A stretch of 64,000 bases of DNA, taken from contig JBGTLG010000041.1 of NCBI GenBank assembly GCA_041744215.1, positions 1-64,000 of the forward strand, read 5' to 3'. This document shows, piece after piece, positions 8,400 through 17,486 of the stretch. How positions within the stretch are numbered: the stretch's first letter is position 1; each line of letters begins with the position of its first letter. The translations under genes were made by a program, and so were the position numbers. The notes under the pieces were generated by a model that saw only the letters and a program-made list of their open reading frames with translations, was not told the DNA's origin and made no database searches. This stretch comes from Fimbriimonadales bacterium. Lineage in GTDB: Bacteria > Armatimonadota > Fimbriimonadia > Fimbriimonadales > ATM1.

Positions 8400-9564
8400 G
8401 TTCTCATTTTGGCCGACATTCGGGCAGCTCCCTTCCGTCACTGAGCGGCCGGACTTTATTGCCGACTACCGAATCAGCATCAGGCCGAGCGACCCAGAGC
8501 AGACCGTGTTCGTCATGCGCTTCCCCAGCGCTATCGTCACAGACTCGGTTGAGAACAACACCGTAGAAGTTGAGGTGTTTGAGCCTCGCGACGCGAGGAG
8601 ACCGATGCCTCTCGTTATTCTGTTGCACTACTTCGGGGCGACCGACCTTGGTGTCGAACGCAGGTTTGCGAGAAACTTAAACGCTCGCGGGTTCGCTGCC
8701 GCGATTTTGACGCTTCCTTATCATCTGCAGCGCACACCCCCAGGCAAGATCAGCGGCGAATACGCTTTGCGCCCGGATGCTGGCTTCTTGCGCGAGACTA
8801 TGACGCAAGCTGTTTTTGATGTGAAGCGGTTTCTCGACTGGGTCGAGCAGCGCCCTCTGCAATTCGACCTAAGCCGAATCGGGATCGCCGGAATCAGTTT
8901 AGGGGCTGTGGTCGGCTCACTCGCGCTTGCCGTCGAGCCGCGCATCACCGCGGGCGCGTTTTTACTTGGTGGCGTAGACGTCGCGCACCTGATCTGGCAC
9001 AGCAGCGCGACAATCAACGCAAGGAACGTGTTCCGAGGACAAGGATATACGGAGCAACGCCTTAGAGATGAACTCGCGTCGGTTGAGCCGACGACTTACC
9101 CGAGGCGTGAGATCGGTGAGCGCGTTATTGTCGTGGGCGCCCGCTTCGATGAGGTTGTGCCGCGAGCGTCAACGCTCAAGTTGATAGAGATGTTTGACGC
9201 GAAGACAGAGGTGTGGCTTGAGTCTGGTCACTACGGAGGCGCGATCGCCGAGCGGCGACTCTATCGGACTGTCGCGGAGTTCTTGCAGGCCAAGTTTTTA
9301 GGAGAAGCGTTTGATGGCTCGCCGGGCGTTCAGGTACCAACGATTCGGGTCGGGGTTCATTACAATACGGATTACAAGCTGACTGTAGCGGTTGGTCTGG
9401 ACATCTGGCGCGCCCCACGAAACGGGGGTTTTGTCAGCGCGATACTTACGCCCGAAGGCCCTGCGGCGTTTGGGGGAGTTTCAATTAGTCGGGGACTTGC
9501 GCTCGGCGCGACGATCACTCCGAAGAGAGCGACATGGGGAGCTTTCTGGAGCGTCGTTTTGTGA
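8350..9564 (+). CDS. Alpha/beta hydrolase with C-terminal beta-rich extension (start uncertain: 8332, 8350 or 8398)
   Basis: GISLG nucleophile elbow, DEVVP acid, SGHYG histidine. Confidence 0.85.
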   Translation: MQGIRIAARIAAGAVFMFSFWPTFGQLPSVTERPDFIADYRISIRPSDPEQTVFVMRFPSAIVTDSVENNTVEVEVFEPRDARRPMPLVILLHYFGATDLGVERRFARNLNARGFAAAILTLPYHLQRTPPGKISGEYALRPDAGFLRETMTQAVFDVKRFLDWVEQRPLQFDLSRIGIAGISLGAVVGSLALAVEPRITAGAFLLGGVDVAHLIWHSSATINARNVFRGQGYTEQRLRDELASVEPTTYPRREIGERVIVVGARFDEVVPRASTLKLIEMFDAKTEVWLESGHYGGAIAERRLYRTVAEFLQAKFLGEAFDGSPGVQVPTIRVGVHYNTDYKLTVAVGLDIWRAPRNGGFVSAILTPEGPAAFGGVSISRGLALGATITPKRATWGAFWSVVL

Positions 9565-10301
9565 ACGACGCCGAGCTTGTTCGTGAAAACGCGTGTGAGG
9601 CCTTTCTCACTCTGGGCGGATCGGCACCTGACGCGACGGTAGTACGTGGCGATAAGTACTGCGTTTGCACAAGCCCGTTTGAGCATCCGATAGCAAACTT
9701 CGCAATCAAGCTGAACCTCGACGCGGACGCGACTTCTGAGGTTGTGGCGCGCGCAGAATCGCACCCCTACTTTCGTGTTCATGTGATGAGCGGGGATACC
9801 CCTGCGTCTGCTGCGGGCGCCTTGGAGGCTGCCGGCCTGAAGGAAGTGTATCGCTTGAGCCTGATGGCGGCGACGTCGGGCGGATCCAAGGATGACCGCG
9901 TTAGGGTTGTGGAGGGCGATGAGATCGCGAGGGTTGTTGAGTTTGTGGTCGATCAGTTCTTTTGGAGCCATCCCGTGCCTTTCCGTCGTCAGATTTCCCT
10001 CGTCTCGCTTCGAGCAGGGGACGCTGGCCGGCAGATCTTCATGGCGATCGAGGGAGCCGGTGGATTACTGGGTGCCGCGACGCTGTTCCGGAGTGAGCAC
10101 TCGGTCGGCATCTACAACGTCTGCGTTCGGGCGAGCCACCGTGGAAGCGGAATCGGACGCGCGCTTGTCGCCCACGGAATGGCGTTGGCGTCGAACCTGT
10201 CGCCCAACATCGTGCTCCAATGCGACCCTGGGCTAGTAGGTTGGTACCGGGAGTTTGGGTTCTCCGAAGTCGGAGAAAGTTTGACTTTGTCTGCGAGTTA
10301 A
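9561..10301 (+). CDS. GNAT family N-acetyltransferase
   Basis: IYNVCVRASHRGSGIGRAL acetyl-CoA motif, WYREFGF; GTG start overlaps the upstream TGA. Confidence 0.88.
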   Translation: MNDAELVRENACEAFLTLGGSAPDATVVRGDKYCVCTSPFEHPIANFAIKLNLDADATSEVVARAESHPYFRVHVMSGDTPASAAGALEAAGLKEVYRLSLMAATSGGSKDDRVRVVEGDEIARVVEFVVDQFFWSHPVPFRRQISLVSLRAGDAGRQIFMAIEGAGGLLGAATLFRSEHSVGIYNVCVRASHRGSGIGRALVAHGMALASNLSPNIVLQCDPGLVGWYREFGFSEVGESLTLSAS

Positions 10302-10410
10302 CCTAAATTTTGCAAGAAACCCAGTATATTGAAGACACCTCCTTGCAGAGGAATTGAGCGTTGGATCGGCGAACCGGGGTTTATGGCCCCAGGCTTGTTC
10401 GGCACGTTCC

Positions 10411-10420
10411 TTGCTATAAT
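10411..10420 (+). promoter_or_regulatory. Extended -10 promoter
   Basis: TGCTATAAT, 15 nt before the TTG start at 10436. Confidence 0.6.
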
Positions 10421-10435
10421 TTGGGCGAAAGGCAT

Positions 10436-11320
10436 TTGATCAGGAAGAAAGCATCCGGCTTCACGCTGACGGAACTCATGGTCACCACCGGGGTTCTGGC
10501 GATCCTGGCCGCCATCTTGTTCCCAGTTTTTCGGGCCGCGATCGAGGCGGCCAAACGTACGCAGTGCGCTTCGAACTACCGACAACTGGGCGCGGCGCTG
10601 GCGATCTACCAGTCCGACTACGATGACACCCTCCCCCCGGTCAACTACAAGGACGTGGACTATCTCCACCCAGGTCACGATCAAACATGGGTCCAGACGC
10701 TGTTGCCATACACCCGCAGCTTTGCCTTGTTCATGTGTCCAGCCGACACAGGGCGCCGATCAGGCACCTTGTTGGCGGAGGACGCCGGAGGCGAGCCCGT
10801 CGACCCGTGGAGTGATTACTATCTGCGGTCGCTTCGATCGAACCTCGGCTACAACTACCTGTATCTCAGCCCGCTCGTGCAGTTGATCGACGGAGAGTGG
10901 GCAGCTTTTCCGGTCAAAGGTTCGCGGGTCGCGAATCCGGCTGGGACGCTCGCGTTTATTGACTCGGTTTGGGATCGATCCTCGGAAGGCCAGCCGATTG
11001 GTGGGGGCAGCTGGGTAGTCGTTCCCCCTTGCCGGTACACGCAGCGCAACGGGCAGATGATCGATTCTTTTGAATTTGCTGCGGGGACTCAGGCCTACTT
11101 CGGGTTTGATCCAGGAGGCTGGCAACCGACGAGCTCAATGTCCTGGCTTATCTATGGCGGTGCATGGCCGTGGCACAAAGGTCGGTTCACCATGATGTTT
11201 TTAGACGGTCATGTCAAGAACGTGCCCATGGAAGCATTGATCAAGGGTTGCGATATGCTGCCGGAGTGGGAAGGCCCAATTGTTGATTCTGAGGAATACA
11301 TATGGGATCTGAACGGGTAG
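10436..11320 (+). CDS. Prepilin-type N-terminal cleavage protein, DUF1559 / H-X9-DG family
   Basis: GFTLTELMVTTGVLAILAAILFPVF, CASNYRQLGAAL, CPAD, HKGRFTMMFLDGH. Confidence 0.92.
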   Translation: MIRKKASGFTLTELMVTTGVLAILAAILFPVFRAAIEAAKRTQCASNYRQLGAALAIYQSDYDDTLPPVNYKDVDYLHPGHDQTWVQTLLPYTRSFALFMCPADTGRRSGTLLAEDAGGEPVDPWSDYYLRSLRSNLGYNYLYLSPLVQLIDGEWAAFPVKGSRVANPAGTLAFIDSVWDRSSEGQPIGGGSWVVVPPCRYTQRNGQMIDSFEFAAGTQAYFGFDPGGWQPTSSMSWLIYGGAWPWHKGRFTMMFLDGHVKNVPMEALIKGCDMLPEWEGPIVDSEEYIWDLNG

Positions 11321-11544
11321 CTTTGTGGCGCACTCCCAGGTACTGGGTTATCTTTGCTTGTGTGATCGTCGGCGCGACCGCAATCGCGTATACGATCGCT
11401 GTTTGGGCCTCTGAAAGCGACGGTTCCGCGTCTGTCACCCAGCAGGGAAGCGGGGCAGGCGGTTCACGGGACTTGCAAAGACCGCTTCCGGGCCCCACTG
11501 TTCATGACACTATGAGCAAGAAGAAAGAGCTCGAGCGCAATTAG
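11302..11544 (+). CDS. Small single-pass membrane protein
   Basis: One TM helix (YWVIFACVIVGATAIAYTIAVW) then a low-complexity tail; overlaps the end of the prepilin-like gene. Confidence 0.55.
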   Translation: MGSERVALWRTPRYWVIFACVIVGATAIAYTIAVWASESDGSASVTQQGSGAGGSRDLQRPLPGPTVHDTMSKKKELERN

Positions 11545-12893
11545 GCGCGCTCGCCGGAAACCAGCGATAAAATCTCTTCCACCTTTTCTGCGACCAGATC
11601 GGCGTCTCCCCTGCTTTCCACATTCAGCCGGACAACCGGTTCCGTATTGCTCGGCCGGAGGTTAAATCGCCAATTGTCGTACGCGACAGAGAGCCCATCC
11701 ACGTGATCGATCGTGCCATCGGAGTATCGGCGTTCAGCCGTTGCAAGCGCGTCCTCTGCGCTCGGTACAAGCATGTTTACTTCACCGCTGCAGGGATACT
11801 TCGCCTGCATTTCCGCGACCAGTTCACCCAACGATCGACCTGATTGACTTATCAGACGAGCTATCTGCAGAAATGGGATCATGCCACTGTCGCAAAACCA
11901 ATGCTGCCGGAAGTAATGGTGCGCGCTCATCTCGCCACCGTACTCTGCGTTCTCGTGCCGCATTCGCTCCTTAATAAACGCGTGTCCCGCCTTGGACATG
12001 ACGCCACGTCCACCGAGTCGCTTAATGATTTCTTCGGTGCTCCACGTTAGCCGCGTGTCATAGATGATGGTCGCACCGGGTACGTTTTGCAGTACGTCTT
12101 GCGCGAGCACACCGACGATATAGTAGCCCTCGATGAACGCTCCACTCTCATCAAAAAAGAAGCAGCGATCGTAGTCGCCATCCCACGCAACGCCGAAATC
12201 GTATTGGTTCGCCTTCATCTTCGCGACCGTGCCTTCGCGACTGTCTTCGAGAATCGGATTCGGCACGCCGTTGGGAAATGTTCCGTCCGGTTCAAAGAGC
12301 ATGCGATCGATAACCATGGGAGTATGTGGGCTCAAGGCGTCCACTGCGAGCCCGGCGCACCCGTTGCCTGCGTTTGCAAGGACTTTGAGCGGCTTGAAGC
12401 TATCGGGAGGTATCACGTTCAGCAAGTGCGCAACGAAATCCTCATAGACGTTCTTTTTGGTTCTGCTTCCTTGGCCGGATCTCGTGAACTTACCCTTGCG
12501 AACAAGCTCCTCCACTTCGAACAAGCCGGTATCCCCGCTGATCGGCCTACTTTGCTCGCGAACCATTTTGAGACCGTTGTACTGTGGAGGATTGTGACTC
12601 GCGGTGATCATCACCCCTATATCATAGTTATAATTCGCAGTAGCAAAGTAAATCATTTCAGTGCCGGACAATCCGATATCGACGACGTCTACACCCGACT
12701 TGCAGAACCCATCCGTGAGGGCGTCGCAAAGCGCTTCGCTGCTCAGTCGAGAATCGTAGCCAACCACAGCAGACTTCCCATTCGTATGCTCCGCTAACGC
12801 GCGACCGATTGCCTCCGCAATCTGTGGATTCAATTCAGAAGGAACGACGCCGCGCACATCGTATGCTTTGAAGCAAGCTAATCGTTCGCTCAT
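11541..12893 (-). CDS. manB: Phosphomannomutase/phosphoglucomutase
   Basis: FKAYDVRG, TASHNP, DGDYDR, GEMSAH. Confidence 0.93.
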   Translation of the reverse strand: MSERLACFKAYDVRGVVPSELNPQIAEAIGRALAEHTNGKSAVVGYDSRLSSEALCDALTDGFCKSGVDVVDIGLSGTEMIYFATANYNYDIGVMITASHNPPQYNGLKMVREQSRPISGDTGLFEVEELVRKGKFTRSGQGSRTKKNVYEDFVAHLLNVIPPDSFKPLKVLANAGNGCAGLAVDALSPHTPMVIDRMLFEPDGTFPNGVPNPILEDSREGTVAKMKANQYDFGVAWDGDYDRCFFFDESGAFIEGYYIVGVLAQDVLQNVPGATIIYDTRLTWSTEEIIKRLGGRGVMSKAGHAFIKERMRHENAEYGGEMSAHHYFRQHWFCDSGMIPFLQIARLISQSGRSLGELVAEMQAKYPCSGEVNMLVPSAEDALATAERRYSDGTIDHVDGLSVAYDNWRFNLRPSNTEPVVRLNVESRGDADLVAEKVEEILSLVSGERA

Positions 12894-12938
12894 GGCCGAC
12901 ACGCTACGAGAACCATTTCCGTTAACACCCGTACTTCA

Positions 12939-15701
12939 TTAGCGCTTCTTTCGCTCAGTCGGTGCATATCCCGGAGGAGGTTGATCATCATCGTCCTTGC
13001 CCTCTGTTTTAAAGACCGTGGGATCGTCTTCATCGCCGCCGCGTAGACGTTCGTCGTGCATGATCGTTGCATCGACTCCTTTCCTTCTCGCAACGATTCG
13101 CTCCCATAGTACGAGAATAGGCGCGGCGTTGAATATTGAGGAGTAGGTTCCTGAAACGATACCGAAGAGCATGGCGGCGTAGAAATGCCGCAGGTCGGGC
13201 GTCGCGCTTCCGACAAAGACCAGAAGGATCAATGTAGCGATCGTGGTCATGCTCGTGTTAATCGACCGCGCGAGCGATTGCGTAATCGAACGGTTGACGA
13301 GATTGTCAAAGGACTCGCCGTCATGCGGCCTCCGCAGGTTCTCTCGAATTCTATCGAAGATAACGATCGTATCGTGAACAGAGAAACCGATGACAGTCAG
13401 CAATGCGGTGATTGTGAGCGCGCTAATCTCCCAGTTAGCGAAGTAGCCCATGATCGCCGCAAGGCCGACGACTACGAACACGTCGTGGAGCATGGCGAGA
13501 ATGGCGCTCAATCCAAATCGCATTCCGTAGCGGAACCCGCCCACAGCAACGCCGAAACGGACAGCTAAGTACAGGACGATCAGTATGGATGCCAGAACGA
13601 TGGCCCACACTGCACCTTGGATTGTCTCAGCTCTCACGGCAGGGCTCGTCGATTCAAATCCGAGCTCACCCTGCAATCCAGTCGTTTCCGATGTTCCTTC
13701 TTTCAGGATTGGCGTCGTGTCCGCTTCGAGAGCAGCGAGGATCTGCTGCCTCGCCCGAAACTTATCAACCGATTCCGGCGAATCGATCAGAGCTTTGAAC
13801 TCAGGATTCGGATCCTTTGGAATCGTCACGTAGGCAATGTACTGATTCGCACTGACCTTAGGGTCGGGCGGAGATACCTTTACGTTCACGCCACGAATTC
13901 CCGCAGCGACGAGTTTCTTGTCGAGTTCGCTCGGAGTCGTCGTAGAGTTTGCGGGCAGCAGTACTCTTGACTCGACACCGTCGAGGAACTCAACGTTGGG
14001 CTTGATTCCGCCTAAGCCCAGGAAGATCAGCCCCGGCAGAATGATGAGCCCTGATATCAGGAAGTAACGACCCATCTTCCCGACGATGTTGAGGGGTTTT
14101 ACGTCAGCTGTTTGCTCCAGCTTTTCCCCAAACCAACTTCGGGAGAGACCATAAAGTTTTTCGTTCTTACCGATCCCTGAGTTGACGAAGAAGATCAGCA
14201 GCGACCTTGTAACAGTGATCGCTGTGAATAGAGAAATCAGAACACCGATAAAGAGTGTCGTCGCAAAGCCCTTTACAGGTCCGGTGCCAAATTGATAGAG
14301 GACTGCGCACGTTATCATCGTGCATGCATTCGAGTCTACGATCGCCGGAAATGCACGTTTGAAACCGAGATCAATCGATGACAGCAGTGACTTGCCCGAT
14401 CGAAGTTCTTCTTTCAACCTCTCAAAAATCAGGATGTTTGCGTCGACCGCCATGCTGACAGAGAGGATGAAGCCACCGATGCCCGCGAGAGAGAACGTCA
14501 CTCCCAGTTGTAAGTACACCGCGTAACAGAATGAGGCATAAGCTAAGAGCGCCAAGAACGCGACAAGGCCTGGGAAAACATAGTAGACGATAAGAAATGC
14601 GGAGATTAGCGCGAATGCGATCAGCCCTGCTTGGATGATTTGATCGAGGGCCTCTTCGCCTTGCACCGGACTGATACGCGTGACGTTCTCTTCTTCAAGA
14701 TCCACGGGCAGCGCGCCCGCATTGAGCAATGCAGAGATCCTGCGCGCCTCGCGGATCGTGTATTGTCCTTGAATTGTCGCCTCACCGGTCGGGAACGTGA
14801 CGCCGTCCATTAGGTAGGCGATCTGCACGCACTCCCTATCGAGAACTGCCGCGATGTTCTCCTTCTGGTTCATCACCTGTCGCGCGAAGGTATTGAGGTC
14901 AGTCGCGCCTTCAGCGTTGAACTGGAGATCCAGGTGGTAGTAATCCGCGCCTGGAACGGGTCTGGGTGTTGCCTTCACGAGCTTATCGCCTGCGGTGATA
15001 AGGCGCCAGCCTCCCAGCATCTGATCGTATTCGGGGGTTCGCGGAATCAACTCGTCTTCGCGACCGCCGGTACGACGATAAAAGATCGGCTCCGCGCCGT
15101 CGGCACTCGCCAAGGTCAACTCGCTCTTCGGGAACTCAGAGACCGTGGCTTCAGCTCCTTCTCCGAACTGAACCGAGATTCGGCTCGATGCCGGGATTCC
15201 GACGATCGTGCCCTCGCGCTTGGTTGCCGTATGAACAACCTTCGACAGCAGTCGCCAATTGACGCCCTTCCCGTGAGTGTACGGTCGAGCTTGCTGGAAG
15301 TCCGTGCGGACGTTTCGCGCCCAATAGAATTCCAGCCGCGCTGAAGTCTTGAGTACCTCGCGCGCCTCCGCCTCGTCCGTGAAACCGGGTAGTTCAACGA
15401 CGAACCTCTCTTGGCCCCGTCGGGTTACGGTGGACTCCGCGACGCCAAGCGCAGTTTGCGCCCGCGCTTCCAGGATCGAGATAATCTGAGCCGCCTGCGC
15501 CTCTGTGATCTGCTGTCCATCCGGCAATTCAGCGCGAATCGTAAAGCGGAAGCCACCACGAACGTCGAGGCCCAGCTGTGGTTCGGATCGAAAAACGTCG
15601 CCGATAATCGGCGTCCGCTTCGCAACGCCGCTTCCGATCAAGAGTGATAGGACGACAAGTCCGAGAACGAGAGCGAGAAAACCTATGCCGCGCTTTTGCA
15701 A
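12939..15701 (-). CDS. secDF: Fused protein translocase subunit SecDF
   Basis: LGLDVRGG, AVDANILIFERLKEEL, HDTIVIFDRIREN, GTYSSIF; AAGGAAGG SD before TTG. Confidence 0.95.
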   Translation of the reverse strand: MQKRGIGFLALVLGLVVLSLLIGSGVAKRTPIIGDVFRSEPQLGLDVRGGFRFTIRAELPDGQQITEAQAAQIISILEARAQTALGVAESTVTRRGQERFVVELPGFTDEAEAREVLKTSARLEFYWARNVRTDFQQARPYTHGKGVNWRLLSKVVHTATKREGTIVGIPASSRISVQFGEGAEATVSEFPKSELTLASADGAEPIFYRRTGGREDELIPRTPEYDQMLGGWRLITAGDKLVKATPRPVPGADYYHLDLQFNAEGATDLNTFARQVMNQKENIAAVLDRECVQIAYLMDGVTFPTGEATIQGQYTIREARRISALLNAGALPVDLEEENVTRISPVQGEEALDQIIQAGLIAFALISAFLIVYYVFPGLVAFLALLAYASFCYAVYLQLGVTFSLAGIGGFILSVSMAVDANILIFERLKEELRSGKSLLSSIDLGFKRAFPAIVDSNACTMITCAVLYQFGTGPVKGFATTLFIGVLISLFTAITVTRSLLIFFVNSGIGKNEKLYGLSRSWFGEKLEQTADVKPLNIVGKMGRYFLISGLIILPGLIFLGLGGIKPNVEFLDGVESRVLLPANSTTTPSELDKKLVAAGIRGVNVKVSPPDPKVSANQYIAYVTIPKDPNPEFKALIDSPESVDKFRARQQILAALEADTTPILKEGTSETTGLQGELGFESTSPAVRAETIQGAVWAIVLASILIVLYLAVRFGVAVGGFRYGMRFGLSAILAMLHDVFVVVGLAAIMGYFANWEISALTITALLTVIGFSVHDTIVIFDRIRENLRRPHDGESFDNLVNRSITQSLARSINTSMTTIATLILLVFVGSATPDLRHFYAAMLFGIVSGTYSSIFNAAPILVLWERIVARRKGVDATIMHDERLRGGDEDDPTVFKTEGKDDDDQPPPGYAPTERKKR

Positions 15702-15773
15702 AACGAGCTACCCTTCCTTGGATTCACGAAGATTTGGAACCCGCCGATTATACACGTGGCATGGCTGCGAACC

Positions 15774-16847
15774 TTACGCGCCAAAAACGAGGAAGTCTTT
15801 CGGTGCGTGGTTCAGAATCTCGGCGCCACCATCCCGCACGACCACATCGTCCTCAATCCGGACGCCCCCAAAGCCCTCGATATAGACGCCGGGCTCAACG
15901 GTGAAGACCATCCCTTCGGCCAAGACGTCCTCTGACGCGGTGCTCAGGCTGCCCACGTCATGCACCAGGCGGCCGAGCCCGTGGCCAAGCCCGTGGCCAA
16001 AGTGCTGGGCCAAGTCGTGCTTTGCTAGGACCTCGCGGGCAACGGCGTCAACCGCCTTTCCTTCTGCGCCGGGTCGGATGGCCTCTATCGCTGCGAGCTG
16101 CGCCTCGAGAACTGCGCCGTAGACTAGGCGATGGCGATCGGTTGGCTCTCCGATAACGACCGTTCGGGTCATATCGCTGTTGTAGCCTTCAGAGCATGCG
16201 CCAAAGTCGAGTGTTAGAAAGTCGCCTGGGTCGAGTTTCTTGTCGCTTGGTACGCCGTGGGGTCGGGCGCTCCTGGCGCCAGAGACGGCGATTACATCGA
16301 ATGCGACTGTTGCGCCTTGCCGGCGAATGAAGAACTCGATCTCTATCGCGATGTCCAATTCGGTGACGCCGACCTGGAACAAGCGCTGCACGTGGTCAAA
16401 GCAAGCGTCGGTGATCCCGCACGCGTGCTTGATCCTATCGATCTCCCACTCGTACTTGACCATTCGAAGTCTATCCGTGAGCTTTTCCACGGGCTCGAGA
16501 CCGATTCCCTCCATCTTGTTGAGCCAGGCCGTAGCTTGTGCAAATGTCACGTGCTCCGCCTCGAAACGCAGGCGGCTGACGCCGAGGCGCCTGGCCTCCT
16601 CGGCTGCAACTTCGGGATAGGACTTGGGAGCCTGAAGGATGACCACCGGCATCGTTGAGACCTGCTCGTTTGCCTGCTCGCGGTACCTTGAGTCCGAGAT
16701 AAACACGGCATCATGTGGGGTCACTAACACCATGGCCGTGCTGCCCGTAAACCCGGTGAGCCAGCCGATGTTGGTCGAGTTTGAGATCAGTGCGGAATCT
16801 ACATCGAGTTCGGACATCCTTGCGCGGAGGCGTTCGAGTGGCTTCAT
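15774..16847 (-). CDS. Xaa-Pro peptidase (M24 family)
   Basis: DFGA...YNSDMTRT, HGLGHGLG..VHD, TVEPGVY, GVRIEDD. Confidence 0.93.
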   Translation of the reverse strand: MKPLERLRARMSELDVDSALISNSTNIGWLTGFTGSTAMVLVTPHDAVFISDSRYREQANEQVSTMPVVILQAPKSYPEVAAEEARRLGVSRLRFEAEHVTFAQATAWLNKMEGIGLEPVEKLTDRLRMVKYEWEIDRIKHACGITDACFDHVQRLFQVGVTELDIAIEIEFFIRRQGATVAFDVIAVSGARSARPHGVPSDKKLDPGDFLTLDFGACSEGYNSDMTRTVVIGEPTDRHRLVYGAVLEAQLAAIEAIRPGAEGKAVDAVAREVLAKHDLAQHFGHGLGHGLGRLVHDVGSLSTASEDVLAEGMVFTVEPGVYIEGFGGVRIEDDVVVRDGGAEILNHAPKDFLVFGA

Positions 16848-17296
16848 AGAAGTCCTTCGAGGTGGTCTTTCAGCGCTTCCAGCGCGAGGACGTATCCGAA
16901 GCCGCCGAGCCCCGAAATGACGCCTATGCAAATGTCCGAGATGGTCGAGGTTCGCCGGAACTCCTCCCGTGCAAACACATTGGATATGTGGACCTCAATC
17001 GTGGGAAGCCGGACAGCTGCGAGCGCATCGCGCAAGGAGACCGAGGTGTGCCCAAGTCCGCCGGGATTGATAACGATTCCGGCAGCCCAGTTCTTGTGCT
17101 CGTGAATCGCATCGATCAGCTGCCCCTCGTGGTTACTCTGCAGGATCCGTACTTCAATGCCCATGTCCTTGGCTTTTTTCTGTACCTGTTCGTCCACTTC
17201 ACTCAGCGTCTTCTTGCCGTACATATCGGTTTCACGGAAGCCCAGCAGGTTGAGGTTGGGCCCGTGGAGAACGAGTACCTTGCGATCTTCAGCCAT
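16844..17296 (-). CDS. aroQ: Type II 3-dehydroquinate dehydratase
   Basis: HGPNLNLLGxRE, QSNHEG, INPGG, EVHISN. Confidence 0.96.
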   Translation of the reverse strand: MAEDRKVLVLHGPNLNLLGFRETDMYGKKTLSEVDEQVQKKAKDMGIEVRILQSNHEGQLIDAIHEHKNWAAGIVINPGGLGHTSVSLRDALAAVRLPTIEVHISNVFAREEFRRTSTISDICIGVISGLGGFGYVLALEALKDHLEGLL

Positions 17297-17486
17297 CGGA
17301 TTTAAGCTCCTTGCCGAGGTCGTCCGGCGACAGGGACTCTTCAACGAGCATGTTCGGGATGCCGTTGTTGATGCGGTAACCCCTCCCGCACTCTGTGCAG
17401 ACTAGGAATGTGGCCCTTTGAACGAGCGGGGGCCTGGTGTCGCAGGCAGGGCAAGCCAGCACACTCAGCAGCAACTCATCAATCAT
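17289..17486 (-). CDS. Trm112 family protein
   Basis: LLSVLACPAC...LVCTECGRGYRINNGIPNML. Confidence 0.9.
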   Translation of the reverse strand: MIDELLLSVLACPACDTRPPLVQRATFLVCTECGRGYRINNGIPNMLVEESLSPDDLGKELKSDG

